From: Longimicrobiales bacterium
Lineage (GTDB): Bacteria; Gemmatimonadota; Gemmatimonadetes; Longimicrobiales; Gaopeijiaceae
Direction of reading: 5' to 3'
NCBI GenBank assembly: GCA_965238005.1
Contig: OZ250165.1
Location: 1,696,001 to 1,760,000 of the forward strand
Length of the DNA: 64,000 nucleotides
The position numbers and the translations under genes were made by a program. The notes under the pieces are model-generated. The model was not told the origin of the DNA. It saw only the letters and a list, made by a program, of their open reading frames with translations, and ran no database searches. Of the stretch, positions 28,514 to 37,710 are shown in pieces. Position 1 is the first letter of the stretch; each line of letters starts with the position of its first letter.

Positions 28514-30115
28514 GAGTCTGCGCCGCAGAAGCACAGCTGACTGAGCCGAATGGTCATCGAGCCGTCCGCGGCGAGGCGGATCCGGGTGATTGGGAGGTTG
28601 AGGACTTGTGTCTGCGACGGATCGGGAGAGCGGAATGGATGCGTTGGGGGGGGCAAGAGAGCTACGAGAGCCCTCGCGCCGGCAGATGCGGGTGAACCCT
28701 CGTGCAGTCATGCCGCCTGAAGGGTGTGCAGCCGCTTCACATTGAGTGCCAGGCACACGAGGGTCCACTCGGCCCGGACCTTCTCGAGGCCCCGGAAGCT
28801 GAATCGTCGAAAGCCCATCACTTCCTTGATCCAGCCGATGGGCGCCTCGGCCTGCGACTTTCGCCGTGCGTAGCGTCTGCGGCCATCTTCGCTCGCCAGC
28901 TTCTCCGCCATGCGGACTTTCGCCGGATATTCCTCCTTGTCAACCGTGGGGGCGGCCTTGCCCTCCCGGGCCAGCGCCACATACCCGTCGATGTCTCGCT
29001 CTTCCAGTTCCTCGAGATCCCGCTCGTTGCAATAGCCCGTGTCCGCCAGCACCTGCGCCGGCGTCTCGCCGTACGCTTGCGCCACCGCGTCGACCATGGG
29101 CACCAGCTGGCCCTGGTCGCTCGCGTTGTCCGTCACCTCGGCCCCGACCACCAGCTGGTTCTCCCCCTCCACGACCGTCTGTGCGTTGTAGCACTGCTGG
29201 AACCCCTCCGAACTCGTCTTCATGATCCGGCTCTCAGGGTCCGTGAAGTTGCTCTGCGCCGCCTCGTCCGGCTCTCCGTACTCCCGCTTGTAGGGCCTGC
29301 CGCCCTTCGGGTTGCGCGTCTGCCCCGGCTTGCGGCCCCGTGCGTCGTCCGCCGCTCTCTGCTCGGCTTCCAGGCGCGCCTTCGCCTCCCGGATCGCCGC
29401 CAGCCGGTCCTCGCGCCGCTTGAGCTCCTCCGGCACCTCGTCTCCGCATGCTTCCTCGCCGTAGCGCTCGTCTTCCGCTTCGTCCACCGCCTCGGCCCTC
29501 TCCAACAGCCCCCGGATCTCCGCCTCCAGCCGAGGCTCCCCGGTCACCATCCGGCCGTAGCTCATCGCCTTGCGCTTGTTCGCGTTCGCCCGAACCTTCG
29601 TCCCGTCCACCGACACCCTGCCAAGCCCCGCCAGCCCCAAGGCCCGCGCGAGCATCACCACCTCCACAAACACCGCCCGGAAATCCCCGAGATGGCGCTT
29701 GCGGAACTCGCACAGCGTCCGGTGCTTCGGGAAGTTCTCCGCCGCCAGCATCCGAAACGCGACATCCTCCTCCAGCTTCCTCGCCATCTTCCGCGACGAG
29801 AAGGTGCCCGTCGCATACGCGTAGATCAGCACCTTGACCATCATCCGAGGGTCGTACGGCGAGTTGCGCCGCCCGTCCCCCCGGTACCGCCCGTAGAACG
29901 CGCTCAGCTCCACCGCGTCCACCAGGTCGCTCACATGGTGCGCCAAATGACCCTCCGACACCCACTCCCGAAGATCCGGAGGCAGCAACAACATCTGCTC
30001 CGGATCGTACGGTCGAAATGTCGTTCCCATTCACCCCCCTCGGTGATCCGCAAGCCTTCCCAATGCCTTCGCTACCACCAAAGATAGCCGCCGCAGGGTT
30101 CTGCGGCGCAGACTC
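28514..30115 (-). mobile_element. IS1182-family element, copy 1
   Basis: IR GAGTCTGCGCCGCAGAA; CTAG duplicated on both sides. Confidence 0.92.
28708..30030 (-). CDS. IS1182-family transposase
   Basis: YDPRMMVKVLIY, VDGTKVRAN, NFTDPESRIM, LADTGY. Confidence 0.92.
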   Translation of the reverse strand: MGTTFRPYDPEQMLLLPPDLREWVSEGHLAHHVSDLVDAVELSAFYGRYRGDGRRNSPYDPRMMVKVLIYAYATGTFSSRKMARKLEEDVAFRMLAAENFPKHRTLCEFRKRHLGDFRAVFVEVVMLARALGLAGLGRVSVDGTKVRANANKRKAMSYGRMVTGEPRLEAEIRGLLERAEAVDEAEDERYGEEACGDEVPEELKRREDRLAAIREAKARLEAEQRAADDARGRKPGQTRNPKGGRPYKREYGEPDEAAQSNFTDPESRIMKTSSEGFQQCYNAQTVVEGENQLVVGAEVTDNASDQGQLVPMVDAVAQAYGETPAQVLADTGYCNERDLEELEERDIDGYVALAREGKAAPTVDKEEYPAKVRMAEKLASEDGRRRYARRKSQAEAPIGWIKEVMGFRRFSFRGLEKVRAEWTLVCLALNVKRLHTLQAA

Positions 30116-30128
30116 CTAGGGGAGAGAT

Positions 30129-30398
30129 ATGCCCTCGCCGCGTCAGCGAATCTTGAAGGCCGTGGTCTCGGAACCGCCTTCTCAGTTCGTGTCGGACCAC
30201 CTTATAGAACGGATCCCATACCTGTTCTGGCGGCACGTCGGGTCCGGTCAGTACGATACCGTGCGTCTCTCCGAGGAAGCAGCCGAATACTTCCAGCGGC
30301 GGGACGTGGAGGTACAGCTGATGTCCACTCCCGAGGCGCTTACCGTGTGGAACGACGCGCCGAAGAAGAGCATCGGGCTCTTCCATGTGACATGCTGA
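30129..30398 (+). pseudogene. Mth938-like domain protein, C-terminal part
   Basis: VGSGQY...TPEA...GLFHVTC. Confidence 0.65.
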
Positions 30399-30449
30399 TG
30401 CCCGAGGACAGCGGCGCCGCGTGGGGAGTGACGCCGCCTCGGTAGGGCG

Positions 30450-31376
30450 TCAATTCAACCCGTCGAAAAGCTGCTCCATGCGCCTTCGCATCCGCTCATC
30501 CGGCAGCCGCCCGAGCCCGGCCCCCATGTTATCGGCCAGATGCTCGGGGTCCGAAGTCGCCGGGATGACCGCCGTCACAGCCGGATGGGCCAGGATGTAC
30601 TTCAGGAAGAACTGCCCCCAACTGTTACAATCGAATTTGTCCGCCCACGCCGGGAGTTCGTGTCCCTGTACTACGCGGAATAGCCGGCCGACGTTATAGG
30701 GCTCGTTGACAAGGACCGCGAGTCCCTTGTCCTGCGCCAGCGGCAGCAGCCGCTCGGCGGCCTGCCGCTCCCCAATGGAGTAGTTGAGCTGCACGAAGTC
30801 CAAGGGCTCACTCCGCATCACCTGCTCCATTCGCTCGAACTGACGGGCGAATGATGTGGTGATGCCCACATACCGGGTGCGGCCCTCCTCTTTGGCCTTG
30901 CGGATCGTGGGCAAATGAATTTCCACCCCACGGAGATTGTGAACCTGGTTCAGATCGATGATGTCACGGCCCCAGGCGCGCATCGACGATTCCTGTTGTT
31001 GCATTCCGGCCTCGCGGCCGCCACGAGTCGAGACCTTGGTGGCGAAGAACAGCTCGTCCTGAATCCCCAGTTCCTGCACCAAAGCACCCGCCACTTTTTC
31101 TGAAGTGCCATAGGTGGGAGCCGTATCGAAGACCGTCCCACCGGCCTCCCGAAAGAGCCGGAGCACTTCCTTCAGGCGCGCGCGTTCGGCAGCCGACTCA
31201 CCCACGTTAAACGTTCGTGCGCTGCCGAGGCCCACGGCTGGAACGACTTCGCCCGACGACGGGATCGTGCGGGTGAGGATCGCGGGTGATTGGGCGAAAG
31301 CTGGGAAGCGGTTCAGGAACAGGGCCGCGCCGGTCCCGGCGCTGACCTGCAGCATTTCTCGACGGGTGATTTTCAT
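30450..31376 (-). CDS. Tat-exported aldo/keto reductase
   Basis: TRREML signal, DTAPTYG, ATKV, QLNYS, VIPATS. Confidence 0.9.
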   Translation of the reverse strand: MKITRREMLQVSAGTGAALFLNRFPAFAQSPAILTRTIPSSGEVVPAVGLGSARTFNVGESAAERARLKEVLRLFREAGGTVFDTAPTYGTSEKVAGALVQELGIQDELFFATKVSTRGGREAGMQQQESSMRAWGRDIIDLNQVHNLRGVEIHLPTIRKAKEEGRTRYVGITTSFARQFERMEQVMRSEPLDFVQLNYSIGERQAAERLLPLAQDKGLAVLVNEPYNVGRLFRVVQGHELPAWADKFDCNSWGQFFLKYILAHPAVTAVIPATSDPEHLADNMGAGLGRLPDERMRRRMEQLFDGLN

Positions 31377-31498
31377 ATTGATCGCTCCAAGTCGGCACGC
31401 ATAACCCACGTCCTCCCGGGAGCATCCCACATGTAAGGGCAGCATCGGCGGGCGCGAGTCAACGTGCAGCCAAGTGTCTGGCCGCCGCAAGCAGGCTT

Positions 31499-31572
31499 AT
31501 GGAGCGGATCTGGCGGGAGGAGGGGCTCAAAGTGCCCAGACGGCAACCGAGACGGGGCCGACTGTGGCTCAG
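31499..31572 (+). mobile_element. Short IS3 OrfB scrap
   Basis: ERIWREEGLKVPRRQPRRGRLWL. Confidence 0.6.
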
Positions 31573-31754
31573 CAGCACCAGCGGCCGCTCGCGCTGGGGC
31601 TGCCGGTTTTGTTGTAGCGGTCAATTCGCGACGCTTCGTTTGCGTCGCCCGGCGGGAGACCGTAGCGTGTCGTACTTGCCAGATGGAGCCGGGGACGCCC
31701 CCCAAGCTTCGTCGCACTTCATCGCCGTAGCAGCGTAACCGTAAGGAGACCCTG

Positions 31755-32201
31755 ATGCCGGAATTCACGATCACTCGTCAGATCGCGGCTCCGGTGGAGA
31801 GAGTGTGGGAAGTGCTCGATGACTTCGGGGACATTCAGCGATGGAGCCCCGGCGTCACCAGCTCTGAACTGACATCCGACGGCCCGGTGAGCGAGGGGTC
31901 CACCCGACACTGCGACTTCGCACCACTCGGCGGCGTCAACGAGCGCATCGATAAGTACGAGCCGAATCGGCGCATGACGGTCAATCTCTATGAAACGTTC
32001 AAACTGCCGATCTCTGGTGCCATGGCCGACTTCAACATCGGCCCGCACGACGGGGGCACAGAGTTGACCATTCACTACAGCTACACGCCCAACCTATTAG
32101 GGCGTTTCTTGAAGGGTTTCACCGACAAGCAGATGCGGAAGGGGATCGGCGGCATGGCCAAGGGTCTCCAGCGAGAGAGTGAGCGCATCGCCGCCAGCTG
32201 A
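31755..32201 (+). CDS. SRPBCC/polyketide cyclase family protein
   Basis: IAAPVERVWEVLDDF..WSPGV; AAGGAG SD. Confidence 0.85.
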   Translation: MPEFTITRQIAAPVERVWEVLDDFGDIQRWSPGVTSSELTSDGPVSEGSTRHCDFAPLGGVNERIDKYEPNRRMTVNLYETFKLPISGAMADFNIGPHDGGTELTIHYSYTPNLLGRFLKGFTDKQMRKGIGGMAKGLQRESERIAAS

Positions 32202-32991
32202 GGGCTTGCTTGAGCCTCGGTCCTCACCGGCGACTTCGCCCCCTCCTCGGGCGTGCAGGTGACAGTAGAGTACGCCGACTCCAGCGCGTGGAGGGCACAA
32301 GCGACGCACCGGGGGGTGCCCGAGAAGTGCACGATCGACGGGCGTGTGCCTACTCGACGCTGGCGCGTCAAGCCTGGAGGAGGGCTAGGGCTGGGCGCCG
32401 GAGTGGCCGAAGTGAGCGAGGCCCGCTGTCAGTGGACCTGGTCCCAGGCGCTGGCAGTCATTTTTACCGCGTGGCAGATCGTCTTGGCCTCACTCCCGTG
32501 ACAATCGAGAAAGGATAGGCAAAACAAAAGCCCTTTCACGGGTCGGGATAACGTGAGGGGGAGGACCCGACCGGTCAACATGAGGTCTCACGCCCGGCGT
32601 TCGGGCGTCAAGCGGGCGCTGATTCGTAGGTCCCATCGAGCCATCGCCCAACCTCAGCATCACCCATAGCTTGAGCACATGGTCCTCTCCTCCTTTGGCA
32701 GCTTTGCATCACCCTCGCTGACTCGGAAGGGTCTGCCGGGGCAGGGGGGTCTCTATGTTTCTCTCTATGTTGGGCAATAACATACTTGACGCACCCAATT
32801 TTCGCCTTAACTTCGGGTGCGTCAAGTGCTAGATTATAGGAGTAAGCGAAAGGCCCGAAGCCGGGGTGCACTCCTGACTCCAGGCCCGCTCGCCGTGACC
32901 GCTCAGCGGTCGAAACGGAGCAACCTTGTTGTCATGTCAACGCTATGGCGGCATGTTGATCACCCCCTTCCTTCACCGGTTGTGGGGAGAA

Positions 32992-33062
32992 GGTGGAGCG
33001 CCCGGAAATCGAATCCGGCGGGCCTGGGTCTAAAGTCCGGCACCGGCGAACCTGCGCGCCCC
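32992..33062 (-). ncRNA. tRNA-like RNA lacking a D-stem, G3:U70 acceptor stem, possible UUA anticodon
   Basis: GGGGCGC/GCGCTCC-ACC acceptor, CCGGA-TTCGATT-TCCGG T arm, GCCGGA-CTTTAGA-CCCAGGC arm. Confidence 0.55.
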
Positions 33063-33110
33063 CATCTTCTGGCCCCCGTGCTCGACCTCAACTACCGTCG
33101 GGTGCGGGGG

Positions 33111-33833
33111 TTATTCATTCTCGCCACCCAACATGTCCGTCATGCGGCTGAGAGCCTCAAACCACTTGGTTTGAACCTCCGGAGTCCATTCGGGATTGAA
33201 CTCGGGGAGCTTCCCGAGGAGCTTGTCGGCCACGACCTGGATGATCGCAGGGTCGGGCGGGTGTTGTTCCTCACTCTCGCTGCGACCCTTGCCACCATGG
33301 CCGTTGGTCGAAGCTTGTCCGGTCTTGCTGCCATCCTCCCCGTTGTTGTTCTTCGCCCTCGGCTTCCGCGGCACCGAGGGGGGCGTGAAGTGGGGCGAAT
33401 ACGCAAGGCCCGCCGACTTGAGGGCGTGAAGATAGAACCGCACGGCCTTGCTGAGGGTCTCGCCCGTCACGTTGTATTCCCTGAATCGGGCAGAGAGTTG
33501 TTTGCCGGTTCCCGAAGTGAGATTGAGATCGCCGACGAGATCCGCGTAGGCATCCCCAATGACCTCGCCCAGTGTGTCCTTCCACTGGGGTGTCCCGTGA
33601 GCGCCTACAAGGGCCTCCATCACATCGGTGGTGCTATCACTCTCGGTCACAAGTCCGAGCCACCGGAATGTTGTTCGCAACTGGCTGCGGACAGGACCGG
33701 ACAGTCCCTTCATGACGCTGGAGTCCATATCCGGAGGAATAGCTGTTTCTTTGAGTTTTCCAAGGAAGGAGTAGAAGGCATTCCACGAAACGTAGGCTGG
33801 TTTCTTGGTGCCGTTGTCGTTGTCTGCGGCCAT
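33111..33833 (-). CDS. Passenger protein, DUF5343-like
   Basis: PAYVSWNAF...LRTTFRWLGLV N-terminal pattern recalled as DUF5343-like; low-complexity linker. Confidence 0.6.
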   Translation of the reverse strand: MAADNDNGTKKPAYVSWNAFYSFLGKLKETAIPPDMDSSVMKGLSGPVRSQLRTTFRWLGLVTESDSTTDVMEALVGAHGTPQWKDTLGEVIGDAYADLVGDLNLTSGTGKQLSARFREYNVTGETLSKAVRFYLHALKSAGLAYSPHFTPPSVPRKPRAKNNNGEDGSKTGQASTNGHGGKGRSESEEQHPPDPAIIQVVADKLLGKLPEFNPEWTPEVQTKWFEALSRMTDMLGGENE

Positions 33834-33871
33834 TGTCGCTCACCTCTCATCTGGAACACAGGAGATATAAG

Positions 33872-34144
33872 ATGATATCCACGGAGATTGGCGCAGTCAA
33901 TACCGACGCGGTAATTCTGGTTTACGGATACGGCGGTCGGCCGACAAGAATGCAAGCGGTCGGCATTGAGGACGGGGTGCTGATTGTGCGAAGCCATGAA
34001 ACAGGTACTACAACTGGCTTTCCGGGGAAGTACGTCTACGTGTTCGAGCAGGGCCTGTATGAGAGAATTACCGAAGCGCACCGGAAGGGACGCACAGAAA
34101 TACTGAGCGCGTTATGGGCAGAGGCAGAACCATACAGTGCGTAA
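33872..34144 (+). CDS. Small hypothetical passenger protein
   Basis: AGGAG upstream of ATG 33872; divergent from the DUF5343-like gene. Confidence 0.55.
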   Translation: MISTEIGAVNTDAVILVYGYGGRPTRMQAVGIEDGVLIVRSHETGTTTGFPGKYVYVFEQGLYERITEAHRKGRTEILSALWAEAEPYSA

Positions 34145-34153
34145 CGCGCGTGT

Positions 34154-34330
34154 TTACGTAGCGTTTGGTGGGCTCTCAGTGACCCGATGCTTAGGCACCT
34201 TGAGTAGTTGCCGCATGGCCTTGGTTAGACGGGCCAACCCCGAACGGCCCTCAACGATCTGTTCGGGGCTTGGGTCCACGTCTGAGGTAGGGGGCGGACC
34301 TGTCTTCGTCTCGCTCTTCTTGTCCGTCAT
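34154..34330 (-). CDS. 58-aa ORF translationally coupled to the IS1595 transposase
   Basis: ATGA overlap with the transposase stop; ...LTKAMRQLLKVPK...; below the ORF-track cutoff. Confidence 0.55.
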   Translation of the reverse strand: MTDKKSETKTGPPPTSDVDPSPEQIVEGRSGLARLTKAMRQLLKVPKHRVTESPPNAT

Positions 34331-35286
34331 AGGTTGGCTCCGGTCAACTCGGCATAGGTCAGGCGCTTCCCGATGACGGAAGTGATCGCCCGTACGAAGC
34401 GGCCCCGGTCGTTGTCGCCCCGGTTGTTGAATCTGAACGCCTGTTCATCGAGGTAGCGGAAGACATGGAACGGTTCGATGCTCACGTAGGTCCCGTGGAT
34501 CGCACGCTTCACCAAGGACCAGAAGTTCTCTATCCCGTTGGTGTGGACGCGGCCCCGAACGTACTCCATGGCGTGGTCAACGATGTCATGGATGTAGTCG
34601 GACTTGAGCCCGTAGTATCCCCAATGGCGGTCGGTGTAGAGATTGGCCCCAAGCTCGACGTTGTCGCGGACATGGCCCTGCATGGTGCGCTGAGTAACGT
34701 CCTTGAGGACGTGAGTGCGGACCAGGGAGTGCGGGGCGTTACGGGGCCGCTCCAACAGGCCCAAGACGGCGGTTTTGTCATGTCCGCCGGTTCCCTTGAT
34801 GATCCGTTTACGGCGGGCGATGTGCATGTTCTTGGCTTTGCCGCCGATGTACGTCTCATCGGCTTCGACTTCTCCGTCCATCTTACCGAAGAAGCCGTCC
34901 TTGTCCTGCAAGGCGAGCCGGATACGGTGGAGCATGAACCAGGCGGTCTTTTGGGTCACGCCGAGATCGCGGGCCAATTCGTAGGAGCTGATCCCGTTCT
35001 TGCAGTTCACCAGCATCCACACGGCAGGCAGCCACAAGGACAACTTGATCGGGGAGTCCTCGAAGATCGTACCGACTTTGATCGAGAACTGCTTGCGGCA
35101 GTCCCGGCACTTCCAGACCCGGCGGGACTTGAGGAAATAGTGTTCTCCAACGCTCCCACACTTCGGGCAGGCTTGCTCCCCGGAGGGCCAGCGAAGGTTG
35201 GCGACGAAAGCCAGTGCAACGTCCTCGTCTGCGAAGTACTGGATGGCTTCAAGCAGAGTCTCGGGAGCATCGTGTTGAGTGTTCAT
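34327..35286 (-). CDS. IS1595-family transposase
   Basis: CPKC/CRDC zinc ribbon, VEADETYIGG, LYTD, HTNGIENFWS, YLDEQAFRFN. Confidence 0.95.
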   Translation of the reverse strand: MNTQHDAPETLLEAIQYFADEDVALAFVANLRWPSGEQACPKCGSVGEHYFLKSRRVWKCRDCRKQFSIKVGTIFEDSPIKLSLWLPAVWMLVNCKNGISSYELARDLGVTQKTAWFMLHRIRLALQDKDGFFGKMDGEVEADETYIGGKAKNMHIARRKRIIKGTGGHDKTAVLGLLERPRNAPHSLVRTHVLKDVTQRTMQGHVRDNVELGANLYTDRHWGYYGLKSDYIHDIVDHAMEYVRGRVHTNGIENFWSLVKRAIHGTYVSIEPFHVFRYLDEQAFRFNNRGDNDRGRFVRAITSVIGKRLTYAELTGANL

Positions 35287-35450
35287 AAGGTAGAATATAC
35301 ACCCAAATCATGGGTGTGTCAAGTATGTTATTGCCCTATGTTGGGATGCATCAAGATGGTGAAAACCAGGGACACACTTACCGCAGAATAGCGAAAATCT
35401 CCCCAGAAATACGCGAAATCAGCGAAAATGGGGGTCCTCGAGGTATGCTC

Positions 35451-35490
35451 TGGGAGCAGGAGGTCCCCGGTTCGAATCCGGGCGCCCCGA
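35451..35490 (+). repeat. tRNA-Pro 3'-half duplicate (att site)
   Basis: Identical to 26396-26435; no 5' half present. Confidence 0.9.
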
Positions 35491-35714
35491 CTTGTGTAAC
35501 TAGTTGTCACGATTAGCGTTACAGGAGACCGCTCCAGGAGATTCTCGGAAGGGGTCTCTATGTTTCTCTACATGCTGAGCGGCGATTCGGCAGGAGATTC
35601 CGCTTGGAGGGGCTATCAGCAGAAGATCGGGCGATGGGCAATCCCCATACCTCTTGCATTGGGGAGGCTGAGTCTAAGCGAGAGAGGACCACCCGTACGC
35701 CTGGCTCCTGTCCC

Positions 35715-37010
35715 TCAGGACACCTCCTTGGAGCAGTCCATCGCCTCCGTAGCCGGCCCTGAATCGGACGCCGTCGGGTCTTCCACGAGTCCCATGAAGA
35801 GAATCGTGCCGGAGAATCGCTCCCGGATGGCGAAGACGAAGGGGCGGTCGGCGACGATCGCGGTGAACGAGACGGGCCCGACCCCCACGGCGGTTACTGC
35901 CGCAGCCCGCGTACCCTCCTCGTCCACCTCGATGAAGGTCTTCTGACGGACGAAGTCGATGCAGAACTGGCTCCCTACGGGGGACATCCCCGTGAAGTCG
36001 GCCCCGGGGTGGAACGCGATGTCCATCCCCATGTCCTTCAGTGGCTCGTTCAGGAGGGCGTCGTACGAGAGTGTCAGCTTCGGTATGGACAACAGGTCCA
36101 AACCACCGGGCGTGAGTGCTCCCAGGATCGATTCCCACTGCGTCTCGTCCAGGGCTGCCAGGAAGCTCCGGGCGTCGGCGGGGGGTTGAGGTACCACCAC
36201 GACCATCGAGTAGGCACCACCGCCGTAGGGGAGCTCGACGACTGAGAAGTCCCCGGTCCTGACGAGGGGTAGCGTCTCGTCGACGAGAGACATCATCTCT
36301 ACGCTCACCACCGAGCCATCGGCTCGCTTGAAATCCCCGGGCCGCGTCTTGTCCGGATCGAAGCGCGTCGTCCAGGCACCGTCGAAGTAGATGGCGTTGA
36401 GGAGGAGCATGACGAGTTGCGGGTTGAGCTGATCCAGAATCCGGCTGATCCGGCCGTTGGTCTTCTCGTTCACCCAGCCGTTGATCTCTCCAAGGGTCGA
36501 GGCGGCTCCGAAGTCCCTTGTCTCCACGCGGGCGTCGAACGCTGCGGTCACGGACTGGAAGAAGGAGTCGTGGAAAGGCACGTCCGCGTTCGCCCACACC
36601 GAGTTCGCGATCGTGAACTCCACCTGGGGATCCAACTCCACCAGCAGGTCGATGAGGCTACGGTAGGAGTCGTTGATCTCCTCCAGTGAGAGCCCACCGA
36701 AGCCGAGCGTCGACCGCATCGCCTCGAGGGTCTCGCCGGCGGCGCCGTTCATCGTCATCCCGAGTGCCATGGATGCGCTTAAGGGCGAGAGTACGATGTT
36801 CGGTCGATCGTCCCTCTCGACCACCTCCCGGGCCAACTCCAGCCCGAAGGCGTTGGATCTGGCGATCAGGGAGACCTCGGTGGTGGTCAGAGCTCGGGGC
36901 AACTCGAGGATGGGGTCGTCCTCGCCGGGCCCAGTGGAGTCGCTGCAGCCGCCTGCGTGGAGGAGGAAAACGACGACGAGGGCTTCAACGGGCCTACGGT
37001 GGAGGAACAT
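35715..37010 (-). CDS. Serpin family lipoprotein
   Basis: NIVLSPLS, LLNAIYFDGAW, EVDEEGTRAAAVT hinge, ADRPFVFAI. Confidence 0.93.
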   Translation of the reverse strand: MFLHRRPVEALVVVFLLHAGGCSDSTGPGEDDPILELPRALTTTEVSLIARSNAFGLELAREVVERDDRPNIVLSPLSASMALGMTMNGAAGETLEAMRSTLGFGGLSLEEINDSYRSLIDLLVELDPQVEFTIANSVWANADVPFHDSFFQSVTAAFDARVETRDFGAASTLGEINGWVNEKTNGRISRILDQLNPQLVMLLLNAIYFDGAWTTRFDPDKTRPGDFKRADGSVVSVEMMSLVDETLPLVRTGDFSVVELPYGGGAYSMVVVVPQPPADARSFLAALDETQWESILGALTPGGLDLLSIPKLTLSYDALLNEPLKDMGMDIAFHPGADFTGMSPVGSQFCIDFVRQKTFIEVDEEGTRAAAVTAVGVGPVSFTAIVADRPFVFAIRERFSGTILFMGLVEDPTASDSGPATEAMDCSKEVS

Positions 37011-37545
37011 GGGCTGCGTCTCGGCGAGGAAAGGCCGCGGAACGTCTCTAAAGGATAACGAAGCAGAGGGCCGCTCTGTGACAAGGAGCCGCCACCGGGG
37101 CATCTTCAATTTGGTGCGGCTGGGGCGACTCTACGACAGAGCCAGCCAGCATCAAAAGGAATCCCTCAGGCACCGGTGGCCGCACTCCAGGCCTCGCGGG
37201 AGCGGGCACGCAAGAGTATACGCCAGTGGATCGGCGGGGTGTATCAACAACTCGGTAGTTCAGTTTGTGCGCCGCTTGCTCGCAGCCAGCAAGGCACAGA
37301 ACGACAGCGGGCATCAATCCTCGCACTCACCGCAGCATCTTGGGCAACACGCCATTCCCCATACCTCGTGCATTGGGCGGGCTGAGTCCACGTTGCTCTA
37401 GGTGGACGGGAGGTAATTGCTGACGTCGCGGTAGACATCTGGCTCGCGCGCTTCGCCCGCCGGTCGGCATCTTGGTCGCACGCATCACGGCCCAACTGAT
37501 CGACGCTGTTGCCGACACATGCTGCACCAACGCCCCCCCGAGCCG

Positions 37546-37710
37546 TCAGCTCTTCTTGGAGGTCTTCACGTTCACGGCTGTGAAAACCCGCTCGACCTTC
37601 TTGCTCTTGCACTCCGGGCACTTCGGCTTCGCCGCCTCGTGCGCGGACAGGGACTCGATGACTGTGAAGTCGTGGTCGCACGCCTCGCAGTGGTATTCGT
37701 AGATCGGCAC
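37546..37710 (-). CDS. FmdB-family zinc ribbon protein
   Basis: PIYEYHCEAC...CPEC; own GGAGG SD and GTG start. Confidence 0.8.
   Translation of the reverse strand: MPIYEYHCEACDHDFTVIESLSAHEAAKPKCPECKSKKVERVFTAVNVKTSKKS

Larger units (their letters stand above)
32773..35335 (-). mobile_element. IS1595-family transporter element with passenger genes
   Basis: 25-bp IRs GGCAATAACATACTTGAC(G/A)CACCCA, 24/25 match; 8-bp target duplication CTATGTTG (32765-32772, 35336-35343). Confidence 0.92.
26396..35490. mobile_element. ~9 kb genomic island bounded by tRNA-Pro and a direct repeat of its 3' half
   Basis: 40-bp repeat at 35451-35490; CTCTATGTT arm-like repeats. Confidence 0.7.

Noticed and set aside
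28702..30087. 461-aa plus-strand ORF (also 54949-56334) and other long antisense ORFs such as 7439-8581, 10113-11138, 16204-17502 and 47285-48397
   Set aside because: Shadow frames of real genes in high-GC DNA; no recognisable motifs
32992..33062. Genuine tmRNA (ssrA) gene, one-piece or permuted
   Set aside because: Only ~71 nt lie between the two acceptor strands, leaving no tag reading frame or pseudoknots, and the order is not permuted
35451..35490. Second functional tRNA-Pro
   Set aside because: 5' half (acceptor 5' strand and D arm) is absent
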